DNA from: Camelus ferus
Taxonomy: Eukaryota
Assembly: GCF_009834535.1 (NCBI RefSeq)
Contig: NC_045696.1
Span: 54,066,001 to 54,130,000, forward strand
Direction of reading: 5' to 3'
Length of the DNA stretch: 64,000 nucleotides
The notes below the pieces were generated by a model. The model saw only the letters and a program-made list of their open reading frames with translations. It was not told the origin of the DNA and made no database searches. Below, piece by piece: positions 26,068 through 37,245 of this stretch; position 1 is the stretch's first letter, and every line of letters begins with the position of its first letter. Position numbers and translations under genes: made by a program.

Positions 26068-26814
26068 TAGGAGCTTTGACCCCTCTTCTTAAGAACCAGA
26101 AAAACGGAAGAGCTGTAGGGTCAGCTTCATTTTCAAGATCCAGGAAAAGTTTAAAAATAAATAAACAAATAAATAAAATGAATAAATGAATGAGTCTAAG
26201 TCAGAGTAGTCCACAAGCAATCAGAACCAAGAACAGCAACCAAAGCCAGTATTACGATGAGAGTCTGTTCTTAGTTTGAGTGGTTTTTGTTTGTTTTTGA
26301 CTAGTAAAAATCTCACTAAGCTACATATCAGGGCTACTCAATTCCTGTCTCCTCCATACTGTCTGTCTTAAAAAACACTTCTACTTTCCCCAGTCCTCTG
26401 GAAACACGAATTGCATCAAAATCACTTGTACAGCAAATTACCATTACATTTGGAGAAATTCCAGCTGAGGACAGTTTTCACCACTCCCTGAAAGGCCTCT
26501 GGACACCCACACCCACAGTGGAAAAATTACGTATGAATAGTGCATATTTATAACCTGAAGCAGCTCCAAGAGAAAAGCAAGGCCAGGTACAGAATAGAGC
26601 CTCGTCTTTCCCATTTTCTATTTTTCCTACTGTTAAGGCAAGATTTCTCCTATCATCTAAAGAAAGCAATGGCTCAAGAGTGGAGTTTTAAAAATAATGA
26701 ACCATTTATCCATGAAGCCAAAATAGAACTCCTTCTCCACCTCCGGGACTTCACTCTTCTCATCTTGTTCGTGAACCACAGTGGAGTTCAGTTGGAACGG
26801 CACTGGGTTAGGAG

Positions 26815-27150
26815 TCAGCTGGAAGTGAAGCAATTGTGTTTCAGTCCTCTGCCAGCCAGTGAGCAGCTGTGTGATCCTGGGCAAGTCATTTAGCTTGGAG
26901 TGGGACTCTCTTTTAGATAAAGATCTTCCCAGCTTCAGAAGAACACGCTATAGAATGAGACAGTGCTGGTACCTGCTTTAGGCACCACCACTTCCTAAAT
27001 GATTGAACTAGGCAAGTTGCTTAACCATCTCTACCTCAATTTCCTCAGTGGTCAAAGTGCGCAGACTTCACAGGGTTGCTGAGGACTCAATGAGATAAGG
27101 CTTTTAAAGAGCTTACCTGGCACGTAGTACACACTTATTAGCTTTTTGCC
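26815..27150 (+). mobile_element. Two MIR fragments (26815-26900 and 26960-27150)
   Basis: gctgtgtgatcctgggcaagtcattta; aggcaagttgcttaaccatctctacctcaatttcctca...cctggcacgtagta. Confidence 0.75.
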
Positions 27151-27588
27151 TTTTATTGTTATGGTGATGTGTAATCTTCTCCAATAACAGTCATCTCCTG
27201 TGTGCCTGGCATGTGTCTTTAGCCAGACACTTTACTAACACACACGGATAGGGTAAGTAATGGTTTGGAACAATCAGCGCTGGAGGTAGGGTGAGGAAGG
27301 AGAGTCTGGCTGATTGCTGTTGTGTTATTTTTCTTTCTTTTATGACCCATAACCCATACTTACTGGGACAACGTATATTCACAAACTGCCAGCCCAGAGA
27401 GTTGGAAGGGAAGCTGTTATTTAAAGGCTGTTCAGAGGGTCTAGACTGGTGTTTCGTGGTGACTACACAGAAAGAAAACTGTCAGAGAAGGGTTGATTTT
27501 ACTAGCATGGTCTGCTTTGCTGTCTCAGACCTATTCCAAGTATTTGGGGGGCAAATAAATAAATATATAAACATACATATAAATAAAT

Positions 27589-27684
27589 GGAAGGAAGGAA
27601 GGAAGGAAGAGAGAGGGAGAGAGAGAGAGAGAGAAAGAAAAGAAAGAAAAGAAAGAAAAGAAAGGAAAGAAAGGAAAGAAAGGA

Positions 27685-27719
<35 letters not shown>

Positions 27720-27822
27720 GAAGGAAGGAAGGAAGGAAGAAAGGAAGAAAAGAAAGGAAGAAAGAAAGGAAGAAAGAAAGAAAGCAAGAAAGAAAGAAAG
27801 AAAGACAGACAGACAGACAGAC
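27589..27822. repeat. Compound purine microsatellite (GGAA)n(GA)n(GAAAGAAAA)3(GAAAGGAAA)3(GAAA)n(GGAA)n...(GACA)n
   Basis: Directly visible. No pyrimidine on the + strand from 27589 to 27784. Confidence 0.95.
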
Positions 27823-28332
27823 TAAGGCATTTTTATCCCGGAAGTGTTTTAGGCTCAGTCAGGCATACAGAAGGCACCCACAACTGAAATAATGTGGTCT
27901 GCTAACAGTCGGTATCTGTGCGTGTGACACCTTTGAGCTAAGCATAATCATATACTTGAAGGGATATTCTGGGAAAGGGAGTTTCAGTGAAGTATGAATT
28001 TCAGGGTAACTTGCTTAATGTAGGTTGTGCACAGGTATCCTGAAGGAAGCTTGGAATTTGTAGAGCATATAGAAGGGATGAAGAATTATAAGAGAAAAGA
28101 AAGATATTTTTTAAATGAACATTCTGGAGACAGAGTTTGCAGTGTATACAGAGAGAAGCTGCTGTGGGGAAGGTCCTTCTTGGCTAAAGGACAGGGAGGC
28201 ATGATAGCTGTACAGGAAGAGGAGCATGGATTCCACGTTTCAGATTTTTTGTTTCAACCCATAAGGTATTAATGAGACATTATAGACTTTTGCACAAGGA
28301 AGAAATATATTGAAATAAGTAAAGAAGCCAAA

Positions 28333-28408
28333 TGAACCATATGAAATTGCCGATATTTAACCATTTTTACCTTACTGAAATGGTAATTTCATATGGTTCT
28401 ATCTAATA
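28333..28408. mobile_element. MADE2 (mariner-derived MITE)
   Basis: Inverted repeats gaaccatatgaaattgcc ... ggtaatttcatatggttc, ending ctaata. The outer left terminus is missing. Confidence 0.85.
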
Positions 28409-30457
28409 TCCTAAAATCAATCTGTCAGTTGAATTAGAGGCAGGACGATTAACTTGGAAGCTAAATACATTATAGAGAGGTAACATCTCATGGGCTTTGA
28501 TAAAGGTTTTTCAGACAAGGAGAGACGAGTGAATTTTAGTGAAATATTTTTGCTTGAGATTTCTTAACCTCTATTTTCCTTCTATTTCTTTTTTTGGTCT
28601 TACTCTTGAGAAAGCAAAGCATTGGCTTTCTCCCATTCTTATGGGTCCAATTATGATGATTCTGATCTCTTAGCTGCTTAACCCGCAGACCCTCTACAGA
28701 AGTGGCGAGGCCCGTTCTTGCAGGAACAGCGGAGATGAGCTTAGTTTCCTAGGCTAGGATTGTTCTGCTGGATTTGACAGGTGAACCGCAAAATGCACGG
28801 ATGAGCACAGCTACTGAGAACAAACTTCCAGTCTCATTATCGAAGCTCTTTGTTGGATTTGGAAAAATGCTATAGGTCTAAGAAAACCAAACCTTCCAGG
28901 GATCTTTTTGGTTTTGAACATTTTACAAAGAAAAAATACTGGTCCTTACCTAAGAGGGCTTAGGAGGCCTCCTCCTCAGAATAGTCAAATTTAGGAATTA
29001 TGTAAGGATGTGCCTATAATTAATAAAATAGGGATACATAGCCACGCAAATGTTCTCATCTTCAAAAAATGATTTTGGGTTCTGTTGAGGGATGAGGGAA
29101 AATGTAATTTATGTGAACCATTTCAACCCACTTATAATTCTGTGGTAGAAATATACAACACCTAGCATGACAAAATTAGGTCACCGACTGATGTATATGC
29201 AGTCAAGCGAAATGCTTACAAAGTTATACCAAAAATAATGCCATCCAAATTTGCAGAGTTGGGATGGCAGGATATTTATGATGTGTGTTTTTCACTTTTC
29301 AGCTCTATCAGTTGTACTTAGTGCCAAAGATTTGTATCTGAGGTAATTTGCTTGACCTCTTTTCTCCACTGGTCTAGCTATATTACTGGCTTCCTTGCCT
29401 CCTATGGAAAATTTGGATTTCCTGTCTTTGCTCTGGTCAGTAACTCCAAAGAGAACACAACACAACACTTGGTTGCTAAACAAGTAGGTGGCCACAAAGA
29501 CAATCCAATCCGCGTGTGTGCGTGTGTGAGTGGGGATGCATGCTTTCTCTGTACCTGCTCATTGCAACACATCTCTTCCGCCTCTCTCTTTCTCTTTCTC
29601 CTCTTAATTTACGGAAAAGAGAAGGAGAATAAATAAAAATGGAGGACCTTCTCTTTCTAAAAATACAGGATCATCCATGAGTCAGACCTACAAGCTCAAA
29701 GTGAGTTCCACAGCTCTGCCTGGCCCTGATGATGTGTTTGGGAGGATATGCACCAGCTTCCCTCTTTTTTGCTGACACATTAAATGCCGGGTGGTCCTTT
29801 GCAGGCTGAGTAAAAATGGATTTAAGTCTTGGCCCAAAGCTGCTTAACAGTTTGAAAATGTGGGCAGTTGCATTCATAGCCAGAAGCACAAATAACAATA
29901 CAATTGCACTTTTTGCTTCCTATTTCCCTCACCCATCTTAGCATCAGACTATTGTTTGCAAAATGGCTCATGTTTATTTGTTTTGTGTCACCGGTTTGAC
30001 TCTGAGCTCCTAGAAGTCAGAGCCCCTGCCAGCCACTTTGTATCCTTCACAGTGTGTTGTGCAGAGATTAAATAAACAAAGCTCCTCAAATGTGGAATGA
30101 CAGAGAGAAAAAATAAGAGGAAGATACAAGAAACTGGGAGCAAAGTGTCAACACAGCATAGAGAGAGGCAGTTTAGGGAGCGCGCCCAGAAAGAAGAAAG
30201 ACACGACAGCATCTCTTCGGTGGGTGGTCAGTATAGAACAACATTTAGTTAAAGACGTTTTCCTTCAGTACTTCCTCCTTTTGGCTCCCTGCTCACTTCC
30301 TTGTCCTCCTCCCTTCCTCTTTCTCTGTGTATAGCCCCCAAAGAGAGCTATGCAAGGAGAGTGGACAAGAGCTCAACAGAGCAGCCACACCGCAGGTTAC
30401 AGGTGAGGAGATGCCCGGGCAGCACCAGGCTCTTTTCACAACTAGCAAGGACACTGT

Positions 30458-30488
30458 CTGCAATCCTGATGGAGACTAGAGGGCAGCA
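30458..30488 (+). promoter_or_regulatory. Possible CTCF site with upstream (U) motif
   Basis: CTGCAATCC, spacer, GGAGACTAGAGGGCAGCA. The 3' part of the core is good but the 5' CC is missing. Confidence 0.35.
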
Positions 30489-31251
30489 GCGCCTTGCGCA
30501 ACACTGCAACCCAAACTCATGGCAAGGCCACTGATCTCTACCTGCGGCTGACTTAACACACTTCTATCTGTTGTGTTATCTGCTCTAGTATTTTGCCCTT
30601 CTCTGTGGGACCCTCGAGGTTGGAGAAAAGAATTAAGAAATGTACCCTGAGTTATTAAAGAACTGCTTAGCAAGCTCTTTTCCCCCAACCCCAGGAACAG
30701 ATGCCATTTTTGCTGCCAACACTTTTCAAATCATCCTTCATCGAAAGGAAACAACTTTATTCCCCTCAACCCTTTCCAAAGGGAAACCTCGAGCCCAGGT
30801 CTACCCATATCCCCCGTGTGACAGTCAGCTTTGTTGAGAACCAGATGAGTCTGTGGTCTGTTTACTTTACAAAGAGCAAACAGGAAAGCATGGCACTCAG
30901 CCAATAAATGATGAGGTTAAGGTGGGTTTACTCAGCAGAGACATTTCAGATCCATTTGACTTCCCCTCCCTTTCCTTTACATTCCCCTTTCCGTTCTTAT
31001 TTCTCTCTCACCTGACTGTTGCCTTTTGGGTACTTTTTCCTTTTCTTAGTATTCTCTCTCCTTTATTTTCTCAGTTACACTCTAGTCCATTCTTTCTATT
31101 TTGCTGCAATTCCATCCCTTTTCCTCTATCTCTGCCTCTGCCTTGTCTGCTCTCCTGGAGATTTATGCAGCCTGACTTCCAGAGTGCACGGCTCCATCAA
31201 GGGAAAACCGTACTAGGAGCCAGGGCAGGTGGGAAGGGGGCTCTATCTTAC

Positions 31252-31660
31252 CTTGTAACTAGGTTAAGAGATAGCCCATTGTTGCGGGATGATGTGCTCT
31301 GGTCTTTTCTTAGTCCTGAATAGCGTCCTAACAGCTCCATTACCTCTACAAGCAGGGAGATGCTGTTTGCTTCCAAAGCAGCAGGGCCTGGCTAAAAGCC
31401 CACCAATCCAATAGCAGTCTCAATTGTGCTGGCCCTCTCCACATCTCCCCCAACCTCCCCCGACTCCTCCGTGCCTGCGAGGTCCCTGCCACTAAAGTTA
31501 ATGCTATCCGTCAGATAACACTCCTTCCAGTTGCTTTGATTGTGGTGTCCGGCGAATGACGCAAAGTGGAGCGATTTCAGGGCTGCCTTTCTCCTGTGTG
31601 ACGCCTTCTCCTAAGAGACTTGGGCTGAGGAAGAGGCGTAAAGGCTAAATACGTAAGGCA
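31252..31660 (-). promoter_or_regulatory. Candidate alternative promoter and first exon (minus strand)
   Basis: Repeat-free and locally CpG-richer. Tandem CCAAT at 31403-31412, CRE half-sites at 31509, 31557 and 31599, minus-strand donor AAG|GTAAGA at 31252/31251. Confidence 0.35.
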
Positions 31661-32117
31661 GTCTTTCCTCTGTAAGAGTCATATTTACCTTTGCATGTGA
31701 GTTTGAATCCTACAGCTCAGAAGCTAAGAGGCACATTGCTCTTCTGAGAAGAGTCACATTGGCTGTTCAGACAGCTCCAACCACGTTAACTCTATTTCCC
31801 TTCACCCTGTCCTCTCTGCATCTGTCACTGCCATTCTGTCTTCCCCCTTGATCTCTTTCCTTCTTGGTCTTTTATCCCTCTTCTAATACTATCATTAATT
31901 CAAGGCTCTGACACTGTTATTGTAGCAAATTGTGAAAGAGTTTATATGGATGAGCTAAAGTTGATCCAATCCTCAGCCCTTCCATGCCAAGCTTTTATTA
32001 GCAGAGAATCATGTCTTACAGATTTGACTAGGAATACCATCTTCATGATGCTGTAGGGTCTGTTTTCAGTGGCCTGAGGACAGTTCTCTAGAAAATGTCG
32101 TGGGAAGCTACACTGAT

Positions 32118-32453
32118 TGTCTTAGTCAGTTCAGGCTGCTGTAACAAAATGCCACAGACTGGGTGGCTTCTAAATAATAAAATTTATTTCTCATGGTTCT
32201 GGAGGCTGGAAGTCTAAGGTCAGGGTGCCAGTATGGTCGGATGAGGGTCCTTTTCTGGGCTGCAGACTTTTTGCTGTGTCCTCACATGACTGAAGGGGCT
32301 AGGACGTTCTGTGGGGTCTATTTTATAAGAACACTAATCCCATGCATGAGGGCTCATCCTCATGACCTAAGCACCTCCATATACCATAACCAAGGGCATT
32401 AGGATCTCAACAAATGAATTTGGGGAGGGGACACAAATATTCAGACCATAGCA
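32118..32453 (-). mobile_element. MLT1A-family solo LTR with perfect 5-bp TSD
   Basis: tgtcttagtcagttcaggctgctgtaacaaaatgccacagactggg...attcagaccatagca. TSD ctgat at 32113-32117 and 32454-32458. Confidence 0.92.
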
Positions 32454-34009
32454 CTGATGAACCCAAATAGTGATGGGAAAACTATTATTCTCCAGAAAGG
32501 TGTGACTGGCTTGGAGTTACGGTTGGACAATAAATGGGTTGGCAGTCCAAGGGAAAGCAGAGAAGGGATATGAAGTAGAAGAGTTGCTGTATAAATGACT
32601 CCAGAGAAAGGAGAAAAGGGAAGTAAATGAGGAGGAGAGGAGAGGATGAATGGCTGAATCTCAAACAAGGGCAGGTCCCGAGTCATCTCAGCGGGGTCCC
32701 CTGATCCGGGACTTCCTGCCTCGGGCAGCACATCCTCAACGCCCTATTCGCTCACACACAGCTTCATGTCAACCAGACCCCTGTTGCTGCGAATGTTGTC
32801 CCTGCTCCACCTGGATTTGTCTGATTCTGAAGTCCTTCCTCATTAACTTCCTCTGCTTAGGCTGGAGGGTGACCCAGTCTTATCAGGGAGTGGGCATCTG
32901 TGCCTTGCTGTTCACCCCCATCAGCGAGCCCTCACATTAATCCTTGATCCAGGCTTTATCCCTGTCCAACTGGTAATGCTGAGATTGTCACTGATATCGG
33001 CTTCCCTTGCCAAGGACACATTAAACACATTGTGAAAAACGCACACAGAGAGCTGCTTAACAAATGCAATGGAAATGAAGTTTCCATTGTATTCCCACAG
33101 ATCCCTGGGTCCGCATCACCTGGCCAAACCTCGGGCCCTGTCTGCCTCCCTTTCTTGCCTATTCTCTCTCTTTCCAGGGTATGGTTTTCTCCGTGAAGGA
33201 TTTTCTCTTGGGTCCTTCATTATCTTCCATTATTACCTTCTCTCTCACCCTCAGCGTCTTCACTGTCCTCTCTCTGCATGGCCAGCAGCGAAAGCAGAGA
33301 GCGGAGATTGCCTCAAGTCTCCTGGGGGGCAGATGGCAATGGCATGCTGGAGACAAAACAGGAGGAAGAGCCTTCACAGGGTCAATTAGGATTCACGCGA
33401 GGAGTATTAGTTCTGGAAATGTGGGTTTCTCCATTAGTGGAGAGGTGCAGATCACAGAGAAGGAGAGAATGAAGCAGAAACTGAAGTTCTGGGCATAATT
33501 TTTTTCACTGAGTTCTGGCCAAGGGTCTCAACCCTGAGCACCTCTCTTCCTTTTCACTTTCCCCTTTATTTCTTTCTTTTCTATGCCCACTTTCCCTCAC
33601 TGTTCATTTTACCAAGCAGAAAGGTAAATCTAAACCATCAAACCTGAAAACCCAGATGAGTGCCTTTCATGATCTCCTTTATCATTCTATTTGTTTTTTC
33701 TCTCTAAATAAAATGCTAAAGGGTTTCACACCTAGTAGGAACTGACCGACTTGTTTAAGTAAACCCATGAAAAACAATCATCAAAGATTTAGAATTTGTC
33801 ATGTATTTGGAAGTAAGTAGAGTTTCTTACTTGTTGGGTACCAGTGTGGGCAGATATTGAAAACTTCAAAAGTAACGACAGAAGAGAATTATGTATTAAG
33901 ATTGTGAGGAAACTAGAAATTGTCATGAGCTAGTGCAAAAGACTACTTCTTGTTTATTTCTGCATTTTCCTTGATCTAATCTCTAGCTCTGTCTAGACAA
34001 TGTGATTTT

Positions 34010-34960
34010 TAAGGAGAGAGCCAAGAATTGAGTCAGATTTTAGTTCACATCTTTATTCCGCCTCTTATTAGGTGGATCATTTTATTTTATTTATTTTATT
34101 TTTTTAGAGTTAAACTAATTTTAATGAATTTTTGCATTTACTTTTATTGCGTTCTCAGTTTCATTTTTGCCAGATTCTTGTCTTTTATCATCATTCATTA
34201 ATTATATTAGTTGCAATATTTAATGTGGATATACCATCCTTTTTATTCTACTTCATTTGCTTTACCTATGAAATTTTTAGTTTAATATTCCAATTCTTAT
34301 TTATTTTTTCTTAACATTTTTTATTGAGCTATAGTTATTTTACAACGCTGTCTGAAATTCCAGTGTAGAGCACAATTTTTCAGTTATACATGAACATACA
34401 TATTCGTTGTCACATTTTTTTTTCGCTGTGAGCTACCACAAGATCTTGTATATATTTCCCTGTGCTGTACAGTATAATCTTGTTTATCTATTCTGCATGT
34501 GCCTGTCAGTATCTACAAATTTTGAATTCCCAGTCTGTCCCTTCCCATCCCTCTCCCCCTTGGCAACCACAAGCTTGTATTCTATGTCTATGAGTCTGTT
34601 TCTGTTTTGTATTTATGTTCTTTTTTTTTTTTTTTAAGATTCCACACATGAGCGATCTCATATGGTATTTTTCTTTCTCTTTCTGGCTTACTTCGCTTAG
34701 AATGACATTCTCCAAGAACATCCATGTTGCTGCAAATGGCATTATGTTGTCAGTTTTTATGGCTGAATAGTATTCCATTGTATAAATATACCACATTTTC
34801 TTTATCCAGTCATCTGTTGATGGACATTTAGGCTGTTTCCATGTCTTGGCTACTGTAAATAGTGCTGCTGGTGGATCATTTTAGATAAACAAAAATAGCT
34901 CTTAGCATTTGCTTCCTCATTTACAAAATGAGGACGGTTACAGTATCCTTGTAGGGATGG
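34010..34960 (+). mobile_element. MIR SINE split by the L1 insertion (34010-34084 and 34870-34960)
   Basis: gagtcagattttagttcacat...cctcttattaggtggatcatttta continues after the L1 as gataaac...gcttcctcatttacaaaatgagg. Confidence 0.6.
34085..34869 (-). mobile_element. Young 5'-truncated L1 (body 34310-34869) plus 3'-transduced segment, 14-bp TSD
   Basis: ORF 34506-34796(-) MWYIYTMEYYSAIK...AATWM..LSEVSQ is the L1 ORF2p C-terminal region. TSD ggtggatcatttta at 34071-34084 and 34870-34883. Confidence 0.93.
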
Positions 34961-37099
34961 TTTGTAGAAGCTAGTAATTTAAGGATTATTTCTAATGATC
35001 TCCTGTGTTTACCACTAAAATATTTCCAATGGAATATCTAAGTGAAATGGTGACATGTATATTCAAACGTGAGTGTTCTGTATTAGTCCATTCTGGAAGA
35101 AGTTTCTTTTTCCTCTCTATATGGCTTGGCCCATTTGAATTTATTCTTGCCATTTGGTAATAGACGAGCCCTTTTGTCTCCAGGGAAATTGGTTTCAGGT
35201 CTTTGCTCCACCTCAAAAAAAGGGATTTCTATGGCAAAGGCTTACCCTGAGATTCTTCCTTCTGGAAACTAGCTTCATAAGTTTGTTCTTGTCATTTTCC
35301 TTTAATGAAAATTGACTCAGCCAATCAGAAATTCCATTTGCTCTTAATATCTACCTCCATTGGAATCAAGAAATCTTGACATGGTTTGTGATGCAAATAA
35401 TGATAAAAATTGAGACACATAAAGGAAATTCAGATTTTCTCTACTGGGATGAGGGTTCACAAGTTGCCAGATCCCAGTACAGAGCCTTCCCAGAAAACTG
35501 GAGGAACCTCTGGGGCAGTTTCTGAGGGCTGACAGCGGAGCACAACTTGATGTACAGACATTACTGTATGGCCTGGGGTATTTGGGAACATCACTATATA
35601 TTTGCTATATTAGTTGTTTATAGTTTTGTTGACAGTAAATAAATTCCCTGTTCTCTTCTGAAAGAAAAATGGTTTGGGTCATTACTTTCAGTTTGGATAT
35701 CCAACAAGGATAGCCCGCCCAGTCTGGCTAGATTTCACTTTATGGCAACTGGAAACTGGCTAGTAAGAAACTTTATGCATGAATGTCAAAACCTGGGTCA
35801 GTTTATGATGTTACTAATGAAACTGAAACCAAACTAGCCCTCCATAATTGTGTATGTATAATTCTCATTAACAAATGGGTATTACCCTCTATTCAGATAT
35901 GTTCAAAAAAAAAAAAAAAAAAACCTGGATCTATAAAGATAGAATAAAAGTCTAAAAGTTTAGGAAATACATCTCATTTGAAAGATCTACTATTGGGGGG
36001 AAAAAACAACTATAGAAAACAGAGCCTGAAATAGTTTAATGGAAGGTGCTTCTAGGAGGTAATTTCAAAGCTTCAGCAAAACAAAAGCATGCAAAAAGAA
36101 GTCCAGAAGAGTGTTTAGAGGCAGGAACTGGAAAAGTGAAACATCTTCTTTATTAATAATGGTGTTAATTTGGTTTCTACTTGAAAGGGAGTGGGCAGAG
36201 AATAAAATAGAAAGATAAGAGAAAAGATAAAAATAGAAAGTATGAGATACAAATTGGGAGACTAAATCTCATATTTGCATAAATAGTAGAAGAACTGTTT
36301 AGGAACAAAGGGGCTTAATATTCAATTTAAAGATTTTTTTGTAGCTTTAGATGTAAATGACACTGTCTCAACAAAATAAAAGCACAAACATTTTATGTGA
36401 GGTTTTTTTATTTGTATGTATATTTTTTAATTTTGGGGAAAATAAGAGTAAATTCTAGGTCTGAGCTCCATAAGTGGGTTCACACCATGTGGAACAAAAC
36501 TAATGTTGGACTACAAACTGAATTAATTCAATAGAGGTAGAAGGTTGAAGTGAGATGTGATTGTAAAATTACAAACTTTCAGGAATTTATAGGTCTTTGG
36601 GGAGGGGACTGGACAATCCACTGAAGTGAGGTTTCTAAGTAATCATCTATATTTAAACAAACAGAACAATAGTAGTTAATATCTGGAGAACAAAACCATA
36701 AAGGTATCAAATGTACAAAAGAAACTTCTTTGTCAATAGGAAACTCTCCAAATAAAGATCAGTTGCTAAGAAGAAAGTAATTCATCCAAGTTGCTTGCTG
36801 ACCTGTGCCATCCCCTTGGGATTTAAGTTTGGCCATCTTGGAGCATCCAGGATAATGTTTAAAATAAGACAGGCTCTATGAGTAAGCTCTACTATAAAGA
36901 ACAGAAACCTGTACTTTATAAGCAGAACAATTTTTAGGTCCCAGTATTCTTTGCTCCTGTGTTTCCTTTGGGCTTAGTAAAATCTACTGGAAACGACCAA
37001 CTGTCTTGTATCAAGTGTAATCAAGAAAAAGCAATGACATCCATACTTGGGCCAGAGCTGTCAATGTGGAGCTGCAAACCTAGGTGAGTGCTGAAAGTC

Positions 37100-37245
37100 A
37101 GGGAATGAGGAGGAAAGGGAGGGAGAAGGAGGAAAGGGAAGATGAGGAGGAGGAGGAAGAGGAAGAAAAGGAGGAAGGTAGGGGAGCTGCGAGAGGAAAG
37201 AGGGAAGGGGAGGAGAGGAAGCCTGGGGCGTAGTGGCGAGAAGAG
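37100..37245. repeat. GA-rich low-complexity tract
   Basis: gaggaggaaagggagggagaaggagg... directly visible. Confidence 0.85.

Noticed and set aside
27291..27892. Longest ORFs (198 aa and 101 aa, K/E/R-rich or F/L/S-rich)
   Set aside because: They are stop-free translations of the purine microsatellite.
30853..31323. 156-aa hydrophobic ORF
   Set aside because: The F/L/S/P bias comes from the pyrimidine tract, the start is non-ATG, and no domain is recognisable.
34506..34796. 96-aa ORF with a recognisable protein sequence
   Set aside because: It is the C-terminal remnant of L1 ORF2p in a truncated element, not a host gene.
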